From: Candidatus Woesearchaeota archaeon
GTDB lineage: Archaea > Nanobdellota > Nanobdellia > Woesearchaeales > SKIA01
Assembly: GCA_046704725.1 (NCBI GenBank)
Contig: JBJKRI010000003.1
Coordinates: 10,107 to 74,106, forward strand
DNA: 64,000 bases
Direction: 5' to 3'
Shown: positions 46,218 through 53,915 of the stretch, piece by piece
Position numbering within the stretch: position 1 is the first letter of the stretch
How the letters are laid out: each line of letters begins with the position of its first letter
Notes under the pieces: generated by a model
Database searches by the model: none
Told to the model about the DNA's origin: nothing
Seen by the model: the letters and a program-made list of their open reading frames with translations, nothing else
Made by a program: the position numbers and the translations under genes

Positions 46218-46732
46218 GGTTCATCAGGCACGCGGCCCACCGCAAGAAGCGTCTCGGCCAGAAGTGGCGCAAGCCCCGCGGCTTGCACAACAAGATGCGC
46301 GACCATAAGCGTGGCGCATCCCCCATGGTCCAGGACGGCTATCGCACCGACAAGACCAAGCGCGGCAAGCGCAAGGGTTTGCTCGTGACCGTCATCCGCA
46401 CGGAGAGCGACCTCTCTTCGTTGGACCCGAAGGTGCACGGCATCGTGCTCGGTGCTGTCGGCATGCGCAAGAAGCTGTCATTGCTCGACGCGATCATCAA
46501 GGGAGGCTTCACGCTCCTGACCGGTGATGCTGTCGCGAGCAAGAAGCGCCTCCAGGAGAGCTATGCTGCCCGCCGCTCCGAGGTGGAGCAGAAGCACGAG
46601 GAGCGCAAGGCCAAGCAGGAGGAGCGCGAGAAGAAGGCCGAGAAAGAGGAGCCGAAGAAGGAATCCGACGAGGACGAGGAGAAGTCCAAGGAGGAGCGCG
46701 AGAAGGAGAAGGTCCTGACCAAGGCGAGGTAA
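46214..46732 (+). CDS. rpl32e: 50S ribosomal protein L32e (eL32) with ~60-aa Lys/Glu-rich C-terminal extension
   Basis: RKKRLGQKWRKPRGLHNK N-terminus, then EVEQKHEERKAKQEEREKKAEKEEPKKESDEDEEKSKEEREKEK. Confidence 0.8.
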   Translation: MRFIRHAAHRKKRLGQKWRKPRGLHNKMRDHKRGASPMVQDGYRTDKTKRGKRKGLLVTVIRTESDLSSLDPKVHGIVLGAVGMRKKLSLLDAIIKGGFTLLTGDAVASKKRLQESYAARRSEVEQKHEERKAKQEEREKKAEKEEPKKESDEDEEKSKEEREKEKVLTKAR

Positions 46733-46736
46733 GACG

Positions 46737-47186
46737 ATGAAGCTCACGACACAAAAACGATTGGCGGCGCAGGTCCTCAAGTGCTCCGCGAAGCGCATCC
46801 GCTTCGACGAGGAGCGTCTCGAGGATATCAGCGAGGCCATCACCAAGCAGGATATCCGCGTCCTCATCAAGGAAAAGGCGATCACTAAGGAGCAGGAGAC
46901 CGGCATCAGCCGCGTCCGTGCCAACAAGCGTCGCGTCCAGCGCCGTAAGGGTCGTCAGCAGGGCACCGGCACGCGCAAGGGCACGCGCAATGCCCGAGCG
47001 CCCAGGAAGGACACCTGGATGCTTCGCATCCGCGCCCAGCGCCAGCACTTGCGCGACCTGCGCGAGAACCGGACCATCAGCGACGAGTCGTTCCGCGACT
47101 TGTACGCGAAGGCCAAGGGCGGTTTCTTCAGGAGCCGCAGGCACATCAACTTGTACATCGAAGAGCATAGCATGAGGAGGGGCTGA
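46737..47186 (+). CDS. rpl19e: 50S ribosomal protein L19e (eL19)
   Basis: eL19 pattern. Confidence 0.85.
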   Translation: MKLTTQKRLAAQVLKCSAKRIRFDEERLEDISEAITKQDIRVLIKEKAITKEQETGISRVRANKRRVQRRKGRQQGTGTRKGTRNARAPRKDTWMLRIRAQRQHLRDLRENRTISDESFRDLYAKAKGGFFRSRRHINLYIEEHSMRRG

Positions 47187-47188
47187 AC

Positions 47189-47686
47189 ATGGCATCGACA
47201 CAACGATACACGCTCAAGGCGCGACGCCGAAGGCAGGGAAAGACGGACTATCGCAAGCGGTTGTCGCTCCTCAAGAGCCGGCAGACGCGTCTTGTCATCC
47301 GGAAGAGCAACGCGAACACGACCGTCCAGCTCGTGCGCTACGAGCCCGATGGTGACGTCGTCGTGGCGCAGGCCTCTACCTCGCAGCTCTCTGCGCTCGG
47401 TTGGAAGGGCTCCACGGGGAACCTCCCCGCCGCGTACCTCGCAGGCTATCTCGCCGGCGCGCGCGCGAAGAAGGCCAAGGTGAAGAGTGCGATAGTGGAT
47501 ATCGGCATGCAGCGCGCTTTCCACGGCGGACGGTTGTTCGCCGCGGTCAAGGGCGTCATCGACGCGGGTGTCTCGGTCGCGGTCAACGAGGAAGCGCTCC
47601 CGTCCGAGGAGCGCGTGTCCGGTGCGCACATCAGCGAGAAGCTCGCATCCCAGGTGGCTGACATCAAGAAGAAGGCAGGTGCATGA
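47189..47686 (+). CDS. rpl18: 50S ribosomal protein L18 (uL18)
   Basis: uL18 pattern. Confidence 0.85.
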   Translation: MASTQRYTLKARRRRQGKTDYRKRLSLLKSRQTRLVIRKSNANTTVQLVRYEPDGDVVVAQASTSQLSALGWKGSTGNLPAAYLAGYLAGARAKKAKVKSAIVDIGMQRAFHGGRLFAAVKGVIDAGVSVAVNEEALPSEERVSGAHISEKLASQVADIKKKAGA

Positions 47687-48792
47687 TCATGGAAGAGTGG
47701 AAACCCAAGACGGATCTCGGCCGGCGCGTGAAGGCCCGGCAGATCACTGATATCAATGAGATCCTCGATAACGGCTGGACGATCCTCGAGCCGCAGATCA
47801 CCGACACTCTGTTGCCTGGCATGGAGCACGACCTGCTCATGATCGGCCAGAGCAAGGGAAAGTTCGGCGGCGGCCGCAGGCGCGTCTTCCGCCAGACCCA
47901 GAAGAAGACCCAGGAGGGCAACAAGCCCCACTTCGCCGCGTACGCCGTCATCGGCAACGGCGACGGTTTCGTCGGCCTCGGCTATGGCAAGGCGCGCGAG
48001 ACCGTGCCTGCGCGTGAGAAAGCGGTGCGTCAAGCGAAGATCAATGTCTTCAAGGTCGCTCGTGGCTCCGGCTCGTGGGAGAGTCGTGTCAAGGAGCCGC
48101 ACACCGTGCCGTTCTCCGTGGAGGGCCGTTGCGGTTCTGTGCGCGTGCGTCTCATGCCCGCCCCCAAGGGTAAGGGTCTTGTCGCGGAGAAAGAGGTCCA
48201 GAAGATCCTCAAGGCCGCTGGTATCCAGGACGTGTGGATGCAGTCCTTCGGCCAGACCAAGAACAAGGTGAATCTCATCAAGGCGACCGAGCAGGCCTTG
48301 CGCAAGCTCGTCACCACCAAGCTGCGCGACGCGGACATCGCGAACCTCGCGGTCGTCTACGGCAACACCAAGCCACTCGCGATCGCGTCTCCCGACGAGA
48401 TCATGCAGCGCGAGCGTCCCTCGCGCAAGATCTCCGTCGAGAAGCCCGCCAAGAGCGAGGACAAGCCCAAGGCTCCCGCAAAGGGTGCTGCGAAACCCGC
48501 TCCGAAATCACCCGCGAAGACTGAGCAGGTGAAGGAGGCAAAGGCTCCTGCCAAGAAGGCGGAGCCGGCCAAGAAGCAGACCGCTCCGACGGAGGCTTCG
48601 GGAACGCCCCTCTCAGGGATATCCGGCGTGGGTCCTGCCCGCGTCAAGAAGCTGAACTCTGCCGGAGTCTCTTCGGTGGAGCAGGTCGCGTCCATGGAGG
48701 TCGCTGACCTCGCCGAGAAGGCCGGTATCGCCGAGGGCAACGCCCAGAACATCATCGAGGCGGCCAAGGACCTGGTCGGAGGCAAGAAATGA
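47683..48792 (+). CDS. rps5: 30S ribosomal protein S5 (uS5) fused via a Lys/Ala/Pro linker to a C-terminal (HhH)2 domain (369 aa)
   Basis: uS5 core to about residue 235. Then [19 protein letters not shown]... Then LSGISGVGPARVKKLNSAGVSSVEQVASMEVADLAEKAGIAEGNAQNIIEAAKDL. Confidence 0.85.
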   Translation: MIMEEWKPKTDLGRRVKARQITDINEILDNGWTILEPQITDTLLPGMEHDLLMIGQSKGKFGGGRRRVFRQTQKKTQEGNKPHFAAYAVIGNGDGFVGLGYGKARETVPAREKAVRQAKINVFKVARGSGSWESRVKEPHTVPFSVEGRCGSVRVRLMPAPKGKGLVAEKEVQKILKAAGIQDVWMQSFGQTKNKVNLIKATEQALRKLVTTKLRDADIANLAVVYGNTKPLAIASPDEIMQRERPSRKISVEKPAKSEDKPKAPAKGAAKPAPKSPAKTEQVKEAKAPAKKAEPAKKQTAPTEASGTPLSGISGVGPARVKKLNSAGVSSVEQVASMEVADLAEKAGIAEGNAQNIIEAAKDLVGGKK

Positions 48793-49124
48793 TCGCTGCT
48801 GTCCAGATCCGTGGCGGTATCGGCGCGCGCCAGTCCGTCAAGGACACTTTGCGCATGCTCGGTCTCGGTCGCGTCAACAGCTGCGCGCTCTTCGAGGAGT
48901 CGCCCGCCAACCAGGGCATGCTCTTCAAGTGCAAGGATTTCATCGCTTACGGCCCTATCTCCGAGGAGACGGCCAAGAAGGTCCAGAAGCTCATGTCGGG
49001 AAAGACCGCCCGTCTGCATCCCGCGCGCGGCGGCCTCAAGTCCGTCAAGCGCGCTTATGGCGACGGCGGTGACCTCGGCTCACGCGACGACATGGACAAG
49101 CTTGTCGGGAGGATGCTCCCATGA
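48789..49124 (+). CDS. rpl30: 50S ribosomal protein L30 (uL30)
   Basis: uL30 pattern. Confidence 0.8.
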   Translation: MIAAVQIRGGIGARQSVKDTLRMLGLGRVNSCALFEESPANQGMLFKCKDFIAYGPISEETAKKVQKLMSGKTARLHPARGGLKSVKRAYGDGGDLGSRDDMDKLVGRMLP

Positions 49125-49624
49125 GCGTGACCAAGCCCAAGAAGGCGCGTCGCTACCGTGGTTCCAAGACCCATGGCGGCGGCAGCATGAAGAAGCGCCG
49201 CGGCGCCGGTCATCGTGGCGGTCGCGGACGCGCGGGCAGCGGAAAGCGCGGCGACGCCAAGAAGCCTTCCTATTGGAAGACCTGGACGATGGGCGCGCAC
49301 GGCTTTGTCCCGCACGATCGCGAGCGTTTGCAGATCATGAACCTCTCCGACCTCGAGCGCTACCTGCCCGATCTGGAGAAGGCCGGCTTCGCCAAGAAGG
49401 CCTCCGGCGGTTTCTCGATTGACCTGACCGCAGCGGGGATCGACAAGCTCCTCGGCACGGGCAGCGTCTCGCAGAAGTTCGCCATCACCGTCGACGCGGC
49501 TTCGGCCAAGGCGGTCGATCGCGTCTCGGCGGCCGGCGGTTCCGTCTCCGTCAAGGAGAAGGTCGTCAAGGCCAAGAAGGCCCCCTCCAAGAAGAAGCCT
49601 GCGGACGACGAGTCCGAGGAGTGA
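49121..49624 (+). CDS. rpl15: 50S ribosomal protein L15 (uL15)
   Basis: Gly/Arg-rich N-terminus plus uL15 core. Short KK-rich tail. Confidence 0.85.
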   Translation: MSVTKPKKARRYRGSKTHGGGSMKKRRGAGHRGGRGRAGSGKRGDAKKPSYWKTWTMGAHGFVPHDRERLQIMNLSDLERYLPDLEKAGFAKKASGGFSIDLTAAGIDKLLGTGSVSQKFAITVDAASAKAVDRVSAAGGSVSVKEKVVKAKKAPSKKKPADDESEE

Positions 49625-50347
49625 TCAGAATCTATCAGCTGTGAGGTCCGGTACGGGTTCCCATATTCTGTCTTCTGGAATATAGCCCGCTCGGGCTCGC
49701 CAGTACGCCTTTCGGTGTTCGAGGGTTTGTCCAGGGCTCATCATTCCTTTCTTGGTTATTCTATCGAGTTCTTTTGCTTTCGCTCCGTCGATGAGGTTTC
49801 CGCTCAGATGGAACTGCGCGGTCTGTAGCCGTTGGGTGAGGAGCGTGTCCCGGGGGAAGCGCTCCCACACCGCTTCGAGCGATGTCTCTTTGGCCATCCG
49901 TAGGTAGCGTTGGAAGACATAGTCGAGCTCTCCCAAGGTTTCGGTGATGGGGATGTCATGGTCGAACGCGTAGGGATGATCGGCGAAGTTGCGTGCGTTG
50001 ACGATGGCGCAATCGCTGTTCTCGTTGTCTAGCCGGATCCTCGCTCGTTCCAGGCTTGGCATGCTCGCTTCCAGGAAGAATTCCTGATACGTCTTTCCGG
50101 TATGGGAGGTCATTGGTCCGAAGCGTCGGAGGTAGTGGAACGAGAGCGCGCCGTACATGAGGTCTCCTACAGTTATCCCTGTCTCTTGCGCTGTCTCTTC
50201 GACGATGGTGTCGAGCATCGTCTCTTGGTCGTGCTTTCCTCCGGGCAGGCAGTACAGGCCGTTGCCATTGCTGCTGTTCGCGCGGCGGAGGATGAGCAGC
50301 CCTTCGGGCGCTCGCAGAGCGACCCTGATGACGGGGATGATGTCCAT
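49625..50347 (-). CDS. NUDIX hydrolase with ~130-aa C-terminal domain
   Basis: Nudix box GGKHDQETMLDTIVEETAQETGI. Internal ATG 50347. The rest of track ORF 49625..50788 is antisense to secY. Confidence 0.7.
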   Translation of the reverse strand: MDIIPVIRVALRAPEGLLILRRANSSNGNGLYCLPGGKHDQETMLDTIVEETAQETGITVGDLMYGALSFHYLRRFGPMTSHTGKTYQEFFLEASMPSLERARIRLDNENSDCAIVNARNFADHPYAFDHDIPITETLGELDYVFQRYLRMAKETSLEAVWERFPRDTLLTQRLQTAQFHLSGNLIDGAKAKELDRITKKGMMSPGQTLEHRKAYWRARAGYIPEDRIWEPVPDLTADRF

Positions 50348-50408
50348 CCATGTGGGAATCCTCCGGGCCTCATAAAGCCTCTCCCAAGGGTTCTGGGCAG
50401 CGCCAATC

Positions 50409-50416
50409 TTATAAAG
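50409..50416 (+). promoter_or_regulatory. TATA-like box (ttataaag) about 23-30 nt upstream of the secY ATG. In the same 91-bp divergent region as the NUDIX start.
   Basis: Spacing consistent with a leaderless secY transcript. Confidence 0.35.
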
Positions 50417-50438
50417 GACGGGCCGGTTTCCGCTTGCT

Positions 50439-51866
50439 ATGGGACTGATAGAGCGTATGGCGGCCGCCTTCCCGGAGGTCTCGCGGCCCACGCAGAAACA
50501 CCTCGGCTTCAACCAGAAGTTGAAGTGGACGCTCATCATCCTCGTCGCTTTCTTCATCCTCGGCGTCACGCCATTGTTCGGCCTCGACCCGAACAGCCAG
50601 TTCCGCTTCGCCCAGCTCGAGCTCATCCTGGGAGCGTCGTTCGGTAGCGTCATCAGCCTGGGCATCGGGCCGATCGTCACCGGTTCCATCGTGCTGCAGC
50701 TGTTGACCGGAGCGGGCATGCTCAATATCGACACGAACACCGAGGAGGGCAAGAAGAAGTTCCAGGCCCTGCAAAAGATCATGTCCATCTTCTTCGTCGT
50801 CTTCGAATCCTGTATCTACGTCTTCATGGGCGGCCTCGCGCCCACGCCCGGCGCCGGCAACTTCGTCGCCCTGGAGTTCATCCTCATCGTCCAGCTCATC
50901 ATGGGCGGATTGCTCATCATGCTCATGGACGAGGTCACGAGCAAGTGGGGCTTCGGCTCCGGTATCAGCTTGTTCATCGCCGCGGGAGTCTCGAAACAGA
51001 TATTCATCCGGGCCTTGTCGCCCTTCCACCAGACCGTTCAGGGAGTCGCTTCCGAGGGTTATGTCGGCGCGATCCCCGAGATGTTCCGCAGCGTCGCCGC
51101 TGGCGACACCACGGGCGCGGCCATCGCGTTGGCGAGCATCGCCGCCACGGTCATCATCTTCGTCGCCGTCGTCTACACGCAAGCGATGAAGGTGGAGATC
51201 CCCTTGTCGTTCGGGCGTATCCGCGGACACGGCGTGCGCTGGCCATTGAGCTTCTTCTACACCAGCAACATCCCGGTCATCTTGGTGGCTGCCTTGTTCG
51301 CGAACATCCAGTTGTGGGCGCGATTGCTCCAGAACTGGGCGACGAGCAGCGGCTCGGCCCTCATCACCTCCATATCCCATATCATCGGCCAGTACTCCGG
51401 CCAGTCCCCCGTCTCGGGCTTCGCACTGTACATCACGCCGCCCAACCTCCTCCAAGCGTTCGTCACCAGCTCCGTCACGGGACAGATGCTCTTGTCGGCC
51501 TTGGTCTACGTATTGATGATGGTCGCCGGCTCCACGCTCTTCGCGTACTTCTGGGTCCAGACCGCGGGTCTGGATTCTCGCAGCCAGGCCAAGAATATCA
51601 TGGCCTCCGGACTGCAGGTGCCTGGCTTCCGCAAGGACCCACGGGTCATGGAGCGCTTGCTGGACCGGTACATCATGCCGCTCGCCATCATGGGCGGTAT
51701 CGCCGTCGGCCTCCTGGCCGCCTTGGCAGACCTGCTCGGCGCGCTCACCTCGGGAACAGGCCTCTTGCTGACTGTCATGATCATCTACCAGCTCTACGAG
51801 AGCATCGCTGCAGAGCAGGTGTATAGCATGAGCCCGCTGGTCCGCAAGTTCTTCGGCAAGGACTGA
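50439..51866 (+). CDS. secY: Preprotein translocase subunit SecY
   Basis: 10-TM pattern, full-length SecY similarity. Confidence 0.9.
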   Translation: MGLIERMAAAFPEVSRPTQKHLGFNQKLKWTLIILVAFFILGVTPLFGLDPNSQFRFAQLELILGASFGSVISLGIGPIVTGSIVLQLLTGAGMLNIDTNTEEGKKKFQALQKIMSIFFVVFESCIYVFMGGLAPTPGAGNFVALEFILIVQLIMGGLLIMLMDEVTSKWGFGSGISLFIAAGVSKQIFIRALSPFHQTVQGVASEGYVGAIPEMFRSVAAGDTTGAAIALASIAATVIIFVAVVYTQAMKVEIPLSFGRIRGHGVRWPLSFFYTSNIPVILVAALFANIQLWARLLQNWATSSGSALITSISHIIGQYSGQSPVSGFALYITPPNLLQAFVTSSVTGQMLLSALVYVLMMVAGSTLFAYFWVQTAGLDSRSQAKNIMASGLQVPGFRKDPRVMERLLDRYIMPLAIMGGIAVGLLAALADLLGALTSGTGLLLTVMIIYQLYESIAAEQVYSMSPLVRKFFGKD

Positions 51867-51875
51867 ACCAACCCC

Positions 51876-51880
51876 TTTTT
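51876..51880 (+). terminator. Oligo-T tract (CCCCTTTTT) 10 nt after the secY stop
   Basis: Archaeal-type T-run terminator. Confidence 0.3.
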
Positions 51881-51905
51881 ATAGCCGCCTCCTCTCCACC
51901 TTTCC

Positions 51906-52643
51906 ATGGCCATAGAGTCTTTCCTGGACCCTGTCCTCGGCTGGTTGCTGCCGCTGCCCATGTGGCTCTCGCTCCTCATATTCGCCGTCTTCATGACACT
52001 GGTCATCACGCTCGTCCAGAAGTACATGACCGACCAGAAGGAGATGAAGCGCCTCAAGGAGAAGGTCAAGTCCTCCCAGGAGGAGATGAAGAAGTATCGC
52101 GACGAGCCCAAGAAGCTCGCGAAGATCCAGCAAGAGGCGATGCAGACGAACATGAAGTACACCATGAAGTCGCTCAAGCCCACGCTGTACACGATACTGC
52201 CCTTCCTCATCCTCATCGCCTGGATGTCCGCGCACTATTCGCTCGCTGCCATCCCGCCCAACACGCCCGTCATGGTGCACGTCCAGCTCGAGCAGCCGGG
52301 CCGCGTCACGCTCACCAGCGATGCCACCGTGCTGGGCAACGCCACCAAGGCCACCGTCGAGAAGCAGGTCTATTGGGAGGTGAAGGGGCCGCCAGGGAAC
52401 CACACCCTCAACTTCACCTCTTCGGGCGTATCCGTCACACAGGATCTCATCATCGGCTCGACGCCCACGCAGAAGATCGTGAAGCAGGGCTCGCCTTTCG
52501 TCGAGACCCAGGTGGACTATCCCAAGGCCACGCCCTTCGGCGATTTCTCCATCTTCGGTTACATGCCTGGCTGGCTGATGACGTACTTCTTGTACAGCAT
52601 CGTCTTGAGCATCGGCATCCGGAAGATCATGAAGGTCTACTAG
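51906..52643 (+). CDS. DUF106 / archaeal YidC-Oxa1-EMC3-like membrane insertase homolog with ~100-aa extracytoplasmic insertion
   Basis: TM1, coiled coil (QKEMKRLKEKVKSSQEEMKKYRDEPKKLAKIQQEAMQ), TM2, extra domain, TM3. Canonical position after secY. Confidence 0.55.
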   Translation: MAIESFLDPVLGWLLPLPMWLSLLIFAVFMTLVITLVQKYMTDQKEMKRLKEKVKSSQEEMKKYRDEPKKLAKIQQEAMQTNMKYTMKSLKPTLYTILPFLILIAWMSAHYSLAAIPPNTPVMVHVQLEQPGRVTLTSDATVLGNATKATVEKQVYWEVKGPPGNHTLNFTSSGVSVTQDLIIGSTPTQKIVKQGSPFVETQVDYPKATPFGDFSIFGYMPGWLMTYFLYSIVLSIGIRKIMKVY

Positions 52644-52680
52644 GCGCTACGCTTTTATACCGTCGTACGCCCAGCACGCC

Positions 52681-53115
52681 ATGCGCGCCTGGTTGTTGAT
52701 CCCCTTGTTGCTCGTCGTCGCGGCCTGCATGCCGCGCGGCCCCACGGGCAACATCGTCGCGCCCCCATCGCATTCGGTGAACGGCAACACCGCGGTCACG
52801 ACAGAGATCTTCCCCCACACCGACCAGCCCGCCACCGTCCGCGTCACAGCGACCGGCGATATCGTCTATCGCGCCTTCCGGGTGGACGGCCAGCCCTACA
52901 CCCTCGTCGGCCAGGAAAAAGACAACCAATGGCTCACGGGATCGGGCACGGCCATCGTCTATCTCTGGCCCGGCACGCACACCATCGACGCCTACACGTG
53001 CACCCAGACACTCACGAGCTGGAAGTGCGGCTGCACCAACGGCAACGATTGCGGCCACTGGATGCAGGAGACGATCGACGTGCCCAACGCCTCCACCCCC
53101 GCCCTCCCACAATAG
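52681..53115 (+). CDS. Putative secreted lipoprotein (lipobox VAAC), 144 aa
   Basis: Signal peptide plus lipobox. Cys-containing C-terminus. Confidence 0.45.
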   Translation: MRAWLLIPLLLVVAACMPRGPTGNIVAPPSHSVNGNTAVTTEIFPHTDQPATVRVTATGDIVYRAFRVDGQPYTLVGQEKDNQWLTGSGTAIVYLWPGTHTIDAYTCTQTLTSWKCGCTNGNDCGHWMQETIDVPNASTPALPQ

Positions 53116-53227
53116 CTGTTATTCCATTCCAATATCGTCTTTTAAGGAGTTATGAACAGCGAACGGACTGCCCCCATCAAGGAAGAAAGGCCGTCACCTT
53201 TAAAAATCGCCACTGATTCGCCCCGGT

Positions 53228-53497
53228 ATGGTACACGGAGCGAACAAGAGCGGCTCACGGAAGCGCGTCTTCGTGCGCACGACGTCCAAGACGGCGGTGC
53301 GCTATCAGGAGAAGCGCCCCTCCAAGCCCCACTGCACGTGCGGCAGGATCCTGCAAGGGACCGCCCGCGGCACCCGCGTCGACATGAAGAGGCTGTCCAA
53401 GACCGAGAAGCGCCCCTCGAGGCCCTACGGCGGACACCTCTGCAGCGTCTGCGCGAAGAAAGCGCTCCGTGCCCAGGCAAGACTCTCTTCGGACTAG
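53228..53497 (+). CDS. rpl34e: 50S ribosomal protein L34e (eL34)
   Basis: CTCGRIL...GGHLCSVC zinc ribbon. Confidence 0.8.
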   Translation: MVHGANKSGSRKRVFVRTTSKTAVRYQEKRPSKPHCTCGRILQGTARGTRVDMKRLSKTEKRPSRPYGGHLCSVCAKKALRAQARLSSD

Positions 53498-53539
53498 GCG
53501 GCGACGCATCCAAGGTTCTGAGGAGGAGAGGGAACACAC

Positions 53540-53890
53540 ATGTATGATATCGGAAGGCTCTGTATGAAGGTCGCCGGCCGCGACGCGGGTAGGTACTGCC
53601 TAGTCGTCGACGCCAAGGACGGCAAGCTCCTCGTGGACGGACAGACGCGCAGGCGTCTTGTCAACGAGCACCATCTCGAACCCCTCGACAAATCGGTCAA
53701 GCTCGCAAAGGGCGCATCGCACGCTGATGTGGTCAAGGCACTCGGAACGCTCGGCATCGCCGTGAAAGAACCGAAGGAGCGCCCCAAGAAGGCCAAGACG
53801 GAGAAGAAAGCCGACAAGAGCGAGAAGCCGACCAAGAAGGCGTCCGCCAAGAAAACCAAGAAGGCGTCCGCCAAGAAGGCGAAGCAATAA
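53540..53890 (+). CDS. rpl14e: 50S ribosomal protein L14e (eL14, KOW) with Lys-rich tail
   Basis: KOW-like N-terminus. Tandem KKASAKK repeat. Confidence 0.75.
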   Translation: MYDIGRLCMKVAGRDAGRYCLVVDAKDGKLLVDGQTRRRLVNEHHLEPLDKSVKLAKGASHADVVKALGTLGIAVKEPKERPKKAKTEKKADKSEKPTKKASAKKTKKASAKKAKQ

Positions 53891-53915
53891 AATGGACGGG
53901 GGGTAGGGTCCGCGA

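Noticed and set aside
50348-50788. N-terminal 147 aa of ORF 49625..50788(-)
   Set aside because: Antisense to the secY 5' region. Cys/Pro/Ser-rich. NUDIX fold starts at ATG 50347.
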